NCBI GenBank assembly: GCA_964525185.1
Contig: CAZGFQ010000009.1
Location: forward strand, 3,791 to 57,254
Reading direction: 5' to 3'
Source of the DNA: an uncultured bacterium
Lineage (GTDB): Bacteria > Fidelibacterota > Marinisomatia > Marinisomatales > UBA1611
Length of the DNA stretch: 53,464 nt
Shown: positions 38,945 through 49,288 of the stretch, one piece after another
Numbering within the stretch: position 1 is the first letter of the stretch
Layout of the letters: each line of letters begins with the position of its first letter
The notes under the pieces: generated by a model
What the model was told of the DNA's origin: nothing
Databases searched by the model: none
What the model saw: only the letters and a program-made list of their open reading frames with translations
Translations under genes and position numbers: made by a program

Positions 38945-41203
38945 ATGAAAAGATTTCCCATATTTATCCTCCTGATATTCCAAACCGCTTTGATAGGGCA
39001 GGAATTGGAATGGCCCACATCGGCTAGTCGGTCATTATCATCCAATTTTGGTGAAAATAGAGATGACCATTTTCATATGGGTATTGATATTAAAACAAAA
39101 GGGTCCGCAGGGCACCCTGTTTATGCCGTTAATGATGGTTATATTTTTAGAATGGTGTCTAATTTTTCCGGGTTTGGGAAAGCGTTATATTTAAAAACTG
39201 TAACAGGCCATACTGCTGTTTATGCTCACTTAGAATCTTTTTCCCCTTTATTAGAAAAAGTATGGGAATTGCAAAAATCAGATAAAAATAGTTATGTTAT
39301 TAATGCAAAGTTTTCTCAATCTGAATTTCCTGTCAAAAAAGGAGATGTTATTGGTTATTCAGGTAACACAGGAAGCTCATTTGGTCCCCATTTACATTTT
39401 GAATATAGAGATGATACTGATTCACCATTAAATCCTCTTACACATGGATTCAGTCTCCCTGACAGAGTAACGCCTATATTGAAAGAAATAGCATTAACGC
39501 CTCTATCACCCGAAGCGTTGGTAAATGCTAGTTCAATCACACAATCTTTTCCCTTATATCGTGATCGTGATGGAACGTATTTATTCCCTGACACCTTAAA
39601 TGTGTTTGGTGCTTTTGGTATTTCAATTAAAATGGTAGATAAGCGGGAAGGTGCATCTAATATTTATCAAATCCATAAAGCTGAGCTCCGGGTTGACAAC
39701 CAGCTTTCCTTTTCTTTAAGCTATGACCGCATTCCATATTCCCAAACCAGTCGAGCCAAAACAATAATTCAACCAACACTCTACAGACATAATTTTGGTG
39801 AATTTCAAAAATTATATCGTCACCCTGGCCATGAAACTTTAACGATTCATCCATCAGCCAAATCGGGAATAAATGAATTATCACCGGGACTTCACAATAT
39901 AGAGATCCATGTTTGGGATGTCGCGGGAAATAAAGCTATCTCAAAGGGAATGGTTATCATGGATTTTCCACAAAAAGTTCATGTAGATAAAATATTCAAA
40001 GATGAAAAAGTAATTACTTTTGCCCTGTCCCCCAAAACAGGCGTGACGCCTATAAAAGAGGCAACTCTATACTCTTTTACTCCTTATGGGTATGCTGACC
40101 AAAAAATTGATATTATCCATCAAGAACAAGTTGGGAAAGAGCTACACGTTACAATTCCCACCCTTGCTATTCGAGAGAGAATTATTCAATTTATTTGCAA
40201 AACCCAATCCGGCGGAGTCGCTACGCCAATACATTGGCAAGAAGATGCACCCGTTTCGGATATGATAAATCTCATCCCTGACTTAAGAATTTCTCACACA
40301 GATTTTGGAGTTTTATTTCAAATTGAAACGGGTCGTTACACAGAGGCTAATGTTCAGTTAAAATTAGCAAATGATAATACATTTAAGGCATATCCTGTTA
40401 AACAGATTCAACCAAATGTATATTTAAGTGATGTCATATTACCTCAATATCTTTCCGAAATAAAGTATGTGGATATATCTTTTATGAAAAATGGGCAGGT
40501 GCGAGATGTTCGATTTAAATATCAATTCGGTTTAGCAGAAAACGGGAAAGCAATTCGTGTCTTATCTCAGGATAAACATTGTTCAGTTTTAACAAATAAA
40601 AACACCGTTTATAATCCGGTTGCCTTTTGGATTGATAAAGTTAAAAAAGGTGCACAGGTAAATAATGGGTTTCAATTGTCTCCAGTATATCAACTTCAAC
40701 CATTTGAATTAACATTTAAAGATACATTTAGAGTTGGAATTCGATACGATAAACAATATGCGCTACATTCAGGTTTAGCTATTTATAAATATGACCAAAA
40801 AGATGAAAAGTGGGTTTTCCTTCCATCAAAAAACGACCAGGCTGAACATATTTTATCAACAACATTAGATCAGTGTGATGCTATAACTATCATACAAGAT
40901 TTAAAAGCCCCTAAAATTGTTTCATCATTTCCAGCAAAGGGAGGCCATTACAAAGCAAAAGATATGGATAAAATCCTTGTTATCATTGATGATTTACTTT
41001 CTGGTATTGATGGGAATGAAGAAACATTATCACTAAAGTTAAATGGTAAATCTGTTTTATTTGCTTATCAGCCAATGAAAAAAGAAATCTCTTTCTTATT
41101 AAAGTCTCCTCTTTCTGTTGGCCCACATGATTTTTCCGTAACAGCTGTAGATCGTGTTGGAAATAAAATGTCCAAAACAGTACCCTTTCTTATTCTAGAT
41201 TAA
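38945..41203 (+). CDS. M23 family metallopeptidase with long C-terminal extension
   Basis: Signal peptide, FHMGID (HxxxD), YAHL, GNTGSSFGPHLHFE (HxH), C-terminal Ig-like DRVGN. Confidence 0.9.
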   Translation: MKRFPIFILLIFQTALIGQELEWPTSASRSLSSNFGENRDDHFHMGIDIKTKGSAGHPVYAVNDGYIFRMVSNFSGFGKALYLKTVTGHTAVYAHLESFSPLLEKVWELQKSDKNSYVINAKFSQSEFPVKKGDVIGYSGNTGSSFGPHLHFEYRDDTDSPLNPLTHGFSLPDRVTPILKEIALTPLSPEALVNASSITQSFPLYRDRDGTYLFPDTLNVFGAFGISIKMVDKREGASNIYQIHKAELRVDNQLSFSLSYDRIPYSQTSRAKTIIQPTLYRHNFGEFQKLYRHPGHETLTIHPSAKSGINELSPGLHNIEIHVWDVAGNKAISKGMVIMDFPQKVHVDKIFKDEKVITFALSPKTGVTPIKEATLYSFTPYGYADQKIDIIHQEQVGKELHVTIPTLAIRERIIQFICKTQSGGVATPIHWQEDAPVSDMINLIPDLRISHTDFGVLFQIETGRYTEANVQLKLANDNTFKAYPVKQIQPNVYLSDVILPQYLSEIKYVDISFMKNGQVRDVRFKYQFGLAENGKAIRVLSQDKHCSVLTNKNTVYNPVAFWIDKVKKGAQVNNGFQLSPVYQLQPFELTFKDTFRVGIRYDKQYALHSGLAIYKYDQKDEKWVFLPSKNDQAEHILSTTLDQCDAITIIQDLKAPKIVSSFPAKGGHYKAKDMDKILVIIDDLLSGIDGNEETLSLKLNGKSVLFAYQPMKKEISFLLKSPLSVGPHDFSVTAVDRVGNKMSKTVPFLILD

Positions 41204-41850
41204 TGTTATTCCCATACAAAGACGATAATCCTGCAATATTAACACCTTTCGTTACCTATGGTTTAATTGGTATAAATATTTTTGTTTTTATTTTTCAGTT
41301 AAGTATTGAATTAAATGATCCTATTGCTGGAAAATCGTTAATCTATATTTTTGGACTGGTCCCTGCTGATTTTAGTATATTATCTGTATTTACATCCATG
41401 TTTATGCATGGAGGTTTTGCACACATTATAGGGAATATGTGGTTCTTGTGGATATTTGGCGACAATATTGAAAGTCTATTAGGTCATGTAAGATATTTCT
41501 TTTTTTATCTTTCCTGTGGGATTGGAGCTGCTATCGCTCAAATCTTAATAGGCCCAAATTCAACAATTCCAATGGTAGGTGCAAGTGGTGCGATTGCAGG
41601 CGTACTTGGTGCATATATGATTTTGTATCCAAAAGCAAAAGTGCATGTATTTGTATTTTTTATCTTTATTACAACGATTCAAGTCCCAGCTCAAATTGTC
41701 CTAGGAGTCTGGTTTTTAATGCAATTAAGTAATGGTCTCGGCAGTATTGGCTTAGACTTATCTGGTGGTGTAGCTTGGTTCGCTCATATCGGTGGATTTA
41801 TTATGGGAATTAGCACACAAAAATTGTTTCGTACCATCCGAATTGAATAG
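41203..41850 (+). CDS. Rhomboid intramembrane serine protease
   Basis: FMHGGFAHIIGNM, GASG, WFAHIGGF. Confidence 0.95.
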   Translation: MLFPYKDDNPAILTPFVTYGLIGINIFVFIFQLSIELNDPIAGKSLIYIFGLVPADFSILSVFTSMFMHGGFAHIIGNMWFLWIFGDNIESLLGHVRYFFFYLSCGIGAAIAQILIGPNSTIPMVGASGAIAGVLGAYMILYPKAKVHVFVFFIFITTIQVPAQIVLGVWFLMQLSNGLGSIGLDLSGGVAWFAHIGGFIMGISTQKLFRTIRIE

Positions 41851-41863
41851 TTTCTAGGTCTCT

Positions 41864-42247
41864 ATGAACCACTCATTGATTAACAAAGCGATTAATATGC
41901 GAAAACAAGCATACGCCCCTTATTCCAAGTATTGTGTTGGAGCTGCTGTGGAAACGGATTCCGGGCAAATTATCGGCGGTTGCAATATTGAATCAAGCAG
42001 TTATAGCTTGACGTGTTGCGCTGAAAGAGTCGCTCTTTTTTCAGCTTTAGCACAAGATCATTTTCCAATAAAAGCACTTGCTGTATCAACGGAAAATGGT
42101 GGATCTCCGTGTGGGGCTTGCCGCCAAGTCATATGGGATTTATGTGGGGATATTCCGGTTTACATTTGCGACAATCATGGATTAGTCGACACCACAACAA
42201 GCAAAGAGTTACTTCCAAAAGCATTTGACCAAGGTTTTTTAAAATGA
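41864..42247 (+). CDS. cdd: Cytidine deaminase (homotetrameric type)
   Basis: AYAPYS, CAER, PCGACRQ. Confidence 0.96.
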   Translation: MNHSLINKAINMRKQAYAPYSKYCVGAAVETDSGQIIGGCNIESSSYSLTCCAERVALFSALAQDHFPIKALAVSTENGGSPCGACRQVIWDLCGDIPVYICDNHGLVDTTTSKELLPKAFDQGFLK

Positions 42248-42864
42248 TAAAAACACCTATTTTAATCGGAATCGGTGGTGGAACGGGATCTGGGAAAACA
42301 TCTATCGCTAAACAATTATTTGAAAAATATGGTGAAGGTGAAGTTGTTGTTATAGAACAGGATGCATATTATCGCGATTTATCTAACATGAGTCTAGACG
42401 AGCGACACAAACAGAACTATGATCATCCGGATGCAACGGATATTGAATTATTTGGCCAGCATGTTATTTCTCTTATGAAGGGAACAGCCGTTGAAGTCCC
42501 AATTTATGATTTTGCAACACACCTTAGATCAGAAGAAACAAAAAAAATCAAGCCACATCATGTTATAGTTGTGGAAGGTATTCTCGCATTACATTATCCG
42601 GTTTTAAGAGAATTAATGGATATAAAGATTTATGTAGAAACACCAGCAGATATTAGATTCATTCGTCGATTATCTAGAGATATTGATGAAAGAGGAAGGA
42701 CAGCCCAATCTGTTATAGATCAATACCTTAAAACTGTTCGACCGATGCATGAACAATTTGTGGAACCATCAAAATTTTACGCAGATATTATAATCCCCGA
42801 AGGTGGGGCAAATAAAGTAGCAATTGACTTATTACATACAAAAATAAAAGCAATATTATCATAA
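42244..42864 (+). CDS. udk: Uridine kinase
   Basis: GIGGGTGSGKT, NYDHPDA, VEGIL, RRLSRDIDERGR. Confidence 0.97.
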   Translation: MIKTPILIGIGGGTGSGKTSIAKQLFEKYGEGEVVVIEQDAYYRDLSNMSLDERHKQNYDHPDATDIELFGQHVISLMKGTAVEVPIYDFATHLRSEETKKIKPHHVIVVEGILALHYPVLRELMDIKIYVETPADIRFIRRLSRDIDERGRTAQSVIDQYLKTVRPMHEQFVEPSKFYADIIIPEGGANKVAIDLLHTKIKAILS

Positions 42865-42876
42865 GGAATACGATAC

Positions 42877-43443
42877 ATGACCCTTACACCACGAGACTCC
42901 GGATGGATAGAAGTTATTTGTGGAAGTATGTTCAGTGGAAAAACTGAAGAACTAATACGAAGATTAAAACGGGCTGAAATAGCCCAAATGAAGGTAGAAA
43001 TTTATAAACCCAAAATAGATAGCCGATATAGTGTTGAACATATTGTTTCTCATAATCAATTGAAAATGAAATCAATCATGGTAAATACAGCTTTGGATAT
43101 TTTAGAACAATCTAAAAATGCTGATGTAGTTGGCATTGACGAAGCTCAATTTTTTGGTGATGATTTAGTGCGTGTTTGCCATGCGCTAGCAAAAAATAAA
43201 AAGCGCGTTGTTGTAGCTGGGCTTGATACAGATTATAAAGGAAATCCTTTTGGTCCAATGCCTAACATTATGTGTGAAGCAGACTATTTAGATAAATTAA
43301 GAGCCATTTGTGTCCAATGCGGAAATCCCGCAACATACTCTCAAAGGCTTACGCTAGATGATAACCAAGTTGTAATAGGAGAAACAGATGTATATGAAGC
43401 TCGTTGTCGGAATTGTTACACATCACCGGAGGATGAATCGTGA
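42877..43443 (+). CDS. tdk: Thymidine kinase
   Basis: GSMFSGKTEEL, IDEAQFF, CVQC...CRNC. Confidence 0.97.
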   Translation: MTLTPRDSGWIEVICGSMFSGKTEELIRRLKRAEIAQMKVEIYKPKIDSRYSVEHIVSHNQLKMKSIMVNTALDILEQSKNADVVGIDEAQFFGDDLVRVCHALAKNKKRVVVAGLDTDYKGNPFGPMPNIMCEADYLDKLRAICVQCGNPATYSQRLTLDDNQVVIGETDVYEARCRNCYTSPEDES

Positions 43444-45059
43444 ATTTAATTAGTCTTTTAGGGCTTGTGGCCCTTTTGGGTATTGCAGCCGCATTATCCT
43501 TCAATTTTAAACAAATAAAGTTAAGGCCCATTATTTGGGGGCTTGGACTGCAATTCATTTTTGCTTTAATCATCTTGAGGAGCGACTATCTCAGCTTCAT
43601 GGGAATGGGGATATTAGGTTTACTATTATTAACATATATCCTTCAAAAAGACGATAAAAAGTTAGGTGGCGGAATTCAAAGTATTGCCATTTTAGCTATA
43701 GGTGGGGGTGCAATCGGTTATGGAGCAAGTTTACTTGGCCCTAATATTGGTCTATTACTTTCAATCCTTTTTGTTGGATTGGTTCTAAACAGTTGGCTAA
43801 AGTGGGCGCAAAAATATCAGCGATATATATCTGCATTATTTATAATTGTCGGTATTAGTTATTTAATTAATTATAATATTACTGGGCAACTCATCTTCAA
43901 AACATTTAGCGAGAAAGTAGCCTACTTCCTAAATCTATCAGATTTTGGAGCACAATTTCTTTTTGGGAATTTAACAAATGCTGAATATTTCTTTACAGCA
44001 CCTAACTCAAGTTGGCCTGGCTTTGGATTTCAATTTGCATTTAAAGTATTACCCACAATCATTTTCTTTGGCGGATTTATGAGTGTATTGTATTACTATG
44101 GTGTGATGCAAAAAGTGATTGAAACCATTAGCCGTTTTATGCGGTGGACGATTGGCACAAGTGGAGCAGAAACGCTTTCTTGCAGTGCAAATATATTTGT
44201 TGGACAAACAGAATCACCTTTATTAATTAAGCCATTTTTAGACCAAATGACAAAGTCAGAACTATTAACAATCATGGTTGGAGGATTTGCCACAATTGCG
44301 GGAGGTGTATTAGCAGGATATATTTCAATGGGAGTTCCCGCAGGCCACTTAGTCGCAGCAAGCGTTATGTCTGCACCCGCAGCTTTAGTTATAGGAAAAA
44401 TTATTTATCCAGAAACGGAACATTCTGTCACAGCAGGTGATGTAGAGCTTCCTGATATTTCTGATGGGTCAAATGCAGTTGAGGCTGCATCCAACGGTAT
44501 TCTTGATGGTATGAAACTTGCGGCAAATGTTGGTGCAATGCTCATTGGTTTTATTGCTTTAATTGCTGTTGTTGATTTAGCTCTAAATTGGGTTGATAGT
44601 ATTATTGATGGTAAATGGCTAGGTGGAGATTATATTAATTATGTTGCTGCTGGTTTATCTCCAGCTAAAGGTGAATTTGTTGGTTATTTTCCGGGATCAT
44701 TACAAACATTCTTTGGAACTATTTTTTCTCCATTAGCATTTTTGATGGGTGTTCCTTGGGATGATGCTGCATCTGTTGGAAATTTATTAGGTATAAAAGT
44801 TTCTTTGAATGAATTTGTCGCCTTTGGAACTTTAGGTGGTTATATTGCTGATGGAATTATGAGTGAGCGTGCCATTATTATATCAACATATGCATTATGT
44901 GGGTTTGCAAATTTTGGTTCTATCGGTATTCAAATTGGTGGCATTAGCGCTATTTCACCAAAAAGAAAAAAAGATTTAGCTAAAGTGGGTGTTAGAGCTA
45001 TGTTTGGCGGTGCGATTGCATCTTGGTTAACAGCCACTATTGCAGGAATATTATTATAG
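43440..45059 (+). CDS. nupC: Concentrative nucleoside transporter (NupC/CNT family)
   Basis: FAFKVLPTIIFF, GQTESPL, GFATIAG, NEFVAF, CGFANFGS. Confidence 0.93.
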   Translation: MNLISLLGLVALLGIAAALSFNFKQIKLRPIIWGLGLQFIFALIILRSDYLSFMGMGILGLLLLTYILQKDDKKLGGGIQSIAILAIGGGAIGYGASLLGPNIGLLLSILFVGLVLNSWLKWAQKYQRYISALFIIVGISYLINYNITGQLIFKTFSEKVAYFLNLSDFGAQFLFGNLTNAEYFFTAPNSSWPGFGFQFAFKVLPTIIFFGGFMSVLYYYGVMQKVIETISRFMRWTIGTSGAETLSCSANIFVGQTESPLLIKPFLDQMTKSELLTIMVGGFATIAGGVLAGYISMGVPAGHLVAASVMSAPAALVIGKIIYPETEHSVTAGDVELPDISDGSNAVEAASNGILDGMKLAANVGAMLIGFIALIAVVDLALNWVDSIIDGKWLGGDYINYVAAGLSPAKGEFVGYFPGSLQTFFGTIFSPLAFLMGVPWDDAASVGNLLGIKVSLNEFVAFGTLGGYIADGIMSERAIIISTYALCGFANFGSIGIQIGGISAISPKRKKDLAKVGVRAMFGGAIASWLTATIAGILL

Positions 45060-45075
45060 TAAGAAAAATAATTAT

Positions 45076-45636
45076 ATGAGAATATTATTTATGGGGCCGC
45101 CTGGAGTTGGTAAAGGGACTCAAGCTGCCCGAATTGAAAAACATTATAATATCATCCATCTTTCCACAGGTGAAATACTGCGTGATGAGATTGAGGAAAA
45201 CACTAAAATTGGTAAACAAGCAAAAGGATTTATCGATTTGGGGCAACTTGTCCCTGACCTAATTTTATTAGATATTATTGAACACCGATTGATTCATGAT
45301 GATTGTAAAAATGGGTTTTTACTCGATGGCTTTCCTCGCACCCTCCCTCAAGCAACTGGTTTAGATAAAATTCTAACAAATTGCCATCAAGAACTTGATT
45401 GTGCAATTAGCCTTAAAGCAAATGAAGATGAATTGGTGAGTCGACTTGTTTTACGCGGAAAAGAGCTGGGTCGCTCCGATGATTCTAAAGAAATAATTAA
45501 AAAACGTCAAAAAATTTATTGGGAGCAAACTGCACCCTTAATTGATTTCTATCGAGGTAAGGGATTATTAAAAGAAGTTAATGGAATTGGCGAAATCCCC
45601 GAAATCACAAATCGAATACTTGAGGCTATAAAATGA
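45076..45636 (+). CDS. adk: Adenylate kinase (short LID type)
   Basis: GPPGVGKGTQA, HLSTG, GFLLDGFPR, GRSDD; start moved to ATG 45076. Confidence 0.95.
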   Translation: MRILFMGPPGVGKGTQAARIEKHYNIIHLSTGEILRDEIEENTKIGKQAKGFIDLGQLVPDLILLDIIEHRLIHDDCKNGFLLDGFPRTLPQATGLDKILTNCHQELDCAISLKANEDELVSRLVLRGKELGRSDDSKEIIKKRQKIYWEQTAPLIDFYRGKGLLKEVNGIGEIPEITNRILEAIK

Positions 45637-46226
45637 TTAAAATAGGTTTAACGGGCGGAATTGGTTCAGGAAAAAGTTTAGTGAGCCAATACCTTATTGA
45701 ATTAGGTGCATACATTTTTGATGCTGATAGTGAGGCAAAGAAAATTCTAGATACCAACGAAACAACCCAAAATGAACTTATTGCCGAGTTTGGAACAGAT
45801 GTTTTAAATGCTGAAAATAAGATTGATAAAAAGAAACTAGCCAAAATTGCATTCCAAGACGAAGATCACCAATCCAGATTAAATGCAATCATTCATCCCT
45901 ATGTTTTCGATGAAATTGATTCACATTTCGATAAAATCTCAAGCGAGAATAATCATTCACTTTTTGTTGTTGATGCAGCTTTAATTTATGAATCTGGCGC
46001 TGATACACATATGGATTATATCGTTGTTGTTTCGTCCCATCTAAAGCTTCGAGTTTCACGCGTGATGGAACGAGGTGGTTTAACGCGTGATGAATTTATG
46101 AGACGATTGGAATTACAATGGCCTGAAGAAGATAAAGTTCATATGGCAGACTTTGTTATCCCCAATAACAGCACAGAAGAAGATTTAAAATCAAGTACTG
46201 CAAACCTTTTTAATCAAATCGTATAA
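45633..46226 (+). CDS. coaE: Dephospho-CoA kinase
   Basis: IGLTGGIGSGKS, DAD, LNAIIHP. Confidence 0.96.
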   Translation: MIKIGLTGGIGSGKSLVSQYLIELGAYIFDADSEAKKILDTNETTQNELIAEFGTDVLNAENKIDKKKLAKIAFQDEDHQSRLNAIIHPYVFDEIDSHFDKISSENNHSLFVVDAALIYESGADTHMDYIVVVSSHLKLRVSRVMERGGLTRDEFMRRLELQWPEEDKVHMADFVIPNNSTEEDLKSSTANLFNQIV

Positions 46227-46228
46227 AT

Positions 46229-46753
46229 TTAACGTATTCTTTTTCGATACGCTTTTGGCTTATCTAATATTTCCTTAATAACAAATGACTCCATTAATCG
46301 ATTCGAATTGCTTACCAAGGAGTTCACAAATAAAGATTTCTTCTTTTTATGAATTTTAACAACTTTTCTATTTGATAAGTCTGAGTGATATATTTGACTT
46401 TCAAACTCTTCTTCACGCTGCTCAATATTTGAAAGTTTTCCATGATCAAAACCTAGCTTAGTGGGATGAGTTTTTTTCACTTCTTCTTCAACCGGTGAAA
46501 TTTCTTCTAGACTTAAATCATCTTCATGTTGATGTTCAAGGAGATCGGTATCATTTTGTTCTTTGCTTTCTTCGTCGATCCAGCCTTGAGCCTTAAACCA
46601 TTTTTGAATCTGAGGAGAGAAAGGTATTCCTTCAGAGTCCCATCCATCCTCAGATTCAATCTCTTTATGCTTTTGTTTTTGCTGTAGCTTTTTCTTGTAT
46701 CCACTTAATAGATACATGATTAATAAAAAAAGCCAGTAACCAATTCCTTCCAT
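46229..46753 (-). CDS. Hypothetical protein with N-terminal TM (third gene of nfeD-floA operon)
   Basis: Short hydrophobic N-terminus, acidic middle, C-terminal EILDKPKA. Confidence 0.7.
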   Translation of the reverse strand: MEGIGYWLFLLIMYLLSGYKKKLQQKQKHKEIESEDGWDSEGIPFSPQIQKWFKAQGWIDEESKEQNDTDLLEHQHEDDLSLEEISPVEEEVKKTHPTKLGFDHGKLSNIEQREEEFESQIYHSDLSNRKVVKIHKKKKSLFVNSLVSNSNRLMESFVIKEILDKPKAYRKRIR

Positions 46754-46758
46754 TTGGT

Positions 46759-47772
46759 TTATTCCTGATCATCTCCATCAGTCGCATGTGAATCATCAGA
46801 TGCTCCATGAGAAATTGAAGTTCTCATTTCTGTATCCGCTTTTATATTATGCATATTATAATAATCAAAAATACCCATATTCCCGTCACGAAATGCTTGA
46901 GACATAGCTTTAGGTACTTCGGCTTCGGCTTCAACAACTTTCGCTTTCATTTCCTGTGTTCGCGCCTTCATTTCCTGTTCTTCAGCAACAGCCATAGCTC
47001 TTCGTGTTTCTGCTTTTGCCTGAGCAACTCTTAAATCTGCTTCCGCTTGATCGGCTTGCAACCTAGCTCCAATATTTTTCCCAACATCTAAATCTGCAAT
47101 ATCAATAGATAAAATTTCATACGCAGTTCCAGCATCTAACCCTTTGGCGAGTACAGCTTTTGATATATTATCAGGGTTTTCCAATACGCCACCATAATTC
47201 CCAGATGAACCAATTGCACTAACAATCCCTTCTCCAACACGAGCAATAATCGTTTCATCTGTAGCACCACCAACTAACCCGGCAATATTTGTTCTAACTG
47301 TCACCCTTGCTCTAGCTTTTAGTTCAATACCATCTTTTGCGACAGCAGCTAAAAAACCTTCTTTGGGCGCATTTATCACTTTCGGATATACACTTGTTTG
47401 TACTGCGGATTTTACATCTCTGCCTGCTAAATCAATTGCGGTGGCTGTTTCAAATGGTAATTGAATATTTGCTTTGCTGGAAGCAATTAATGCAGAAACC
47501 ACATTTACAACATTTCCGCCAGCAAGGTAATGAGTTTCAAGCATATCTGTGGTAATATGATTGAGCCCCGCTTTATGTAAATTAATGACACCGTCCGTAA
47601 CGAGCCTCGGTGCAATTTTTCTCAATCGCATCCGGATAAGATCAACGATTCGAATTCGACCTAGCCCAAGCGAAACAACCGATTGAATCCATAATCCAAC
47701 TGGAACGAAATAAAATATTAATAGTACTGCAAATACAATGAGTACAAGAAAAACTATAGAAATATCGATCAT
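46759..47772 (-). CDS. floA: Flotillin-like protein FloA (YqfA)
   Basis: [41 protein letters not shown]; AGGAG SD. Confidence 0.96.
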   Translation of the reverse strand: MIDISIVFLVLIVFAVLLIFYFVPVGLWIQSVVSLGLGRIRIVDLIRMRLRKIAPRLVTDGVINLHKAGLNHITTDMLETHYLAGGNVVNVVSALIASSKANIQLPFETATAIDLAGRDVKSAVQTSVYPKVINAPKEGFLAAVAKDGIELKARARVTVRTNIAGLVGGATDETIIARVGEGIVSAIGSSGNYGGVLENPDNISKAVLAKGLDAGTAYEILSIDIADLDVGKNIGARLQADQAEADLRVAQAKAETRRAMAVAEEQEMKARTQEMKAKVVEAEAEVPKAMSQAFRDGNMGIFDYYNMHNIKADTEMRTSISHGASDDSHATDGDDQE

Positions 47773-47791
47773 AATATAACTCCTAGGTTAT

Positions 47792-49138
47792 TTAATTTGT
47801 GATTTCTCGGACAACGACACGATTCCCATCAACAGATAAAACTTTAACAACTTGCCCTTTATCGATGAATTCACCTTCACTGACAACAAACACTTTTTCA
47901 TCCCCAAACAAAACCCATCCTGATGGGTGAAGATCCGATTCTGCAATACCTTCTTTTCCAACTGAATCTTCGAGACCTAAAGTTGTTGTATATCCCGCTT
48001 CTTTACTTTGAACTCCAGGTGATGTGAGTTCTTCCCAAAATTTTGTTTTAGTTAACAATCGAAATAAAAGAACTATTCCAATTAATCCACCAATGATTCC
48101 TATTGTTAGACCTGTTGCTGCTTGAGAAGCAATTTCTCCATCTACGGGAATATCCGGAAGTAACAATTCCCAAAAACCCCATAAAATAGCTACAATTCCA
48201 GCTATACCAATAACACCAAATCCCGGAATAACTAATACTTCAACCAAAAGTAAACTCATACCAAAGATGATAATAATAAAATCGCTCATTGTTGCAAGTT
48301 TGGCTATATAGGATGCTCCTAAAGAGAGAACAAGACAAGCTAAACCGAAGCTCCCAGGAATACCCCATCCAGGGCTTTGTAATTCAAATAGAATACCTAA
48401 AAACCCAAAGGTCGTTAATAATGATGCAACAATTGGGTTTGTTAAAAATCGCACAAAAGCTTCCGACCAATTTTCAGATGTTTTTTGAACGTTTGCATTT
48501 TTATATCCCAGAAACTCTAACAATTCGTCAAAGGTATCAACTGTACCATCAGCAATATTATACTTCAATGCCAATTGTGTTGTTAATGTAATAAGTTTCC
48601 CTTCTTTCCGCCCTTCTAAATCATTGACTTCAATAGAATCACCCTTCATGACTAGGTGAGTAAAATTTAAATCTTCGTCTACCATTCCTTTTGCTATATC
48701 TGTATTTCTCCCGCGTTTTTCTGCTGTAGCGGCCATTTCTTCTCGCATATAACTAATAACTTTTTCTGTCCCCTTATTTCCCTGCATATCTACTGCGGTT
48801 GCAGCACCAATGGTTCCTCCACCTGTCATATAGATGGATTCGCATGATAAAGAAATGAGAGCGCCCGCTGATATGGCACGTTTATTTATAAAGGCTACTG
48901 TTGGAATTTTAGAATTTAAAATAGCATCTTTTATTTGAGTTGCAGCATCCACTCTACCACCAAAAGTATTTATGTCAAAAATAATGACATCCGCTTGGCT
49001 TTTCTCTGCTTCTGCGATAGACCGTTCGATGAAAGGAGGTAAACCTAAATCAATTGTATCGTGAATGGGAACGCGATAAACACCAGAAGCATTTATTAAC
49101 GTTATACTAAATAAAAGGTATAAAATTTTCATTTTCAT
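47792..49138 (-). CDS. Long-form NfeD (YqeZ-like) membrane serine protease
   Basis: DINTFGGRVD, AISAGALI, TM bundle, C-terminal OB fold (LHPSG...GEFI...VVVR); start likely ATG 49138. Confidence 0.92.
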   Translation of the reverse strand: MKMKILYLLFSITLINASGVYRVPIHDTIDLGLPPFIERSIAEAEKSQADVIIFDINTFGGRVDAATQIKDAILNSKIPTVAFINKRAISAGALISLSCESIYMTGGGTIGAATAVDMQGNKGTEKVISYMREEMAATAEKRGRNTDIAKGMVDEDLNFTHLVMKGDSIEVNDLEGRKEGKLITLTTQLALKYNIADGTVDTFDELLEFLGYKNANVQKTSENWSEAFVRFLTNPIVASLLTTFGFLGILFELQSPGWGIPGSFGLACLVLSLGASYIAKLATMSDFIIIIFGMSLLLVEVLVIPGFGVIGIAGIVAILWGFWELLLPDIPVDGEIASQAATGLTIGIIGGLIGIVLLFRLLTKTKFWEELTSPGVQSKEAGYTTTLGLEDSVGKEGIAESDLHPSGWVLFGDEKVFVVSEGEFIDKGQVVKVLSVDGNRVVVREITN

Positions 49139-49288
49139 GATGGGTGAATTTCTCACAAATATATCTTATATGTCCATCTTTCAATTACTTTTATTTTTTT
49201 AATATTTAATATTCAATTGATTAAACAAAAACATTTATAATTTGTCAAATAACCTGATGAAATTCATTCCCGTGAATTTCATAAAAAT

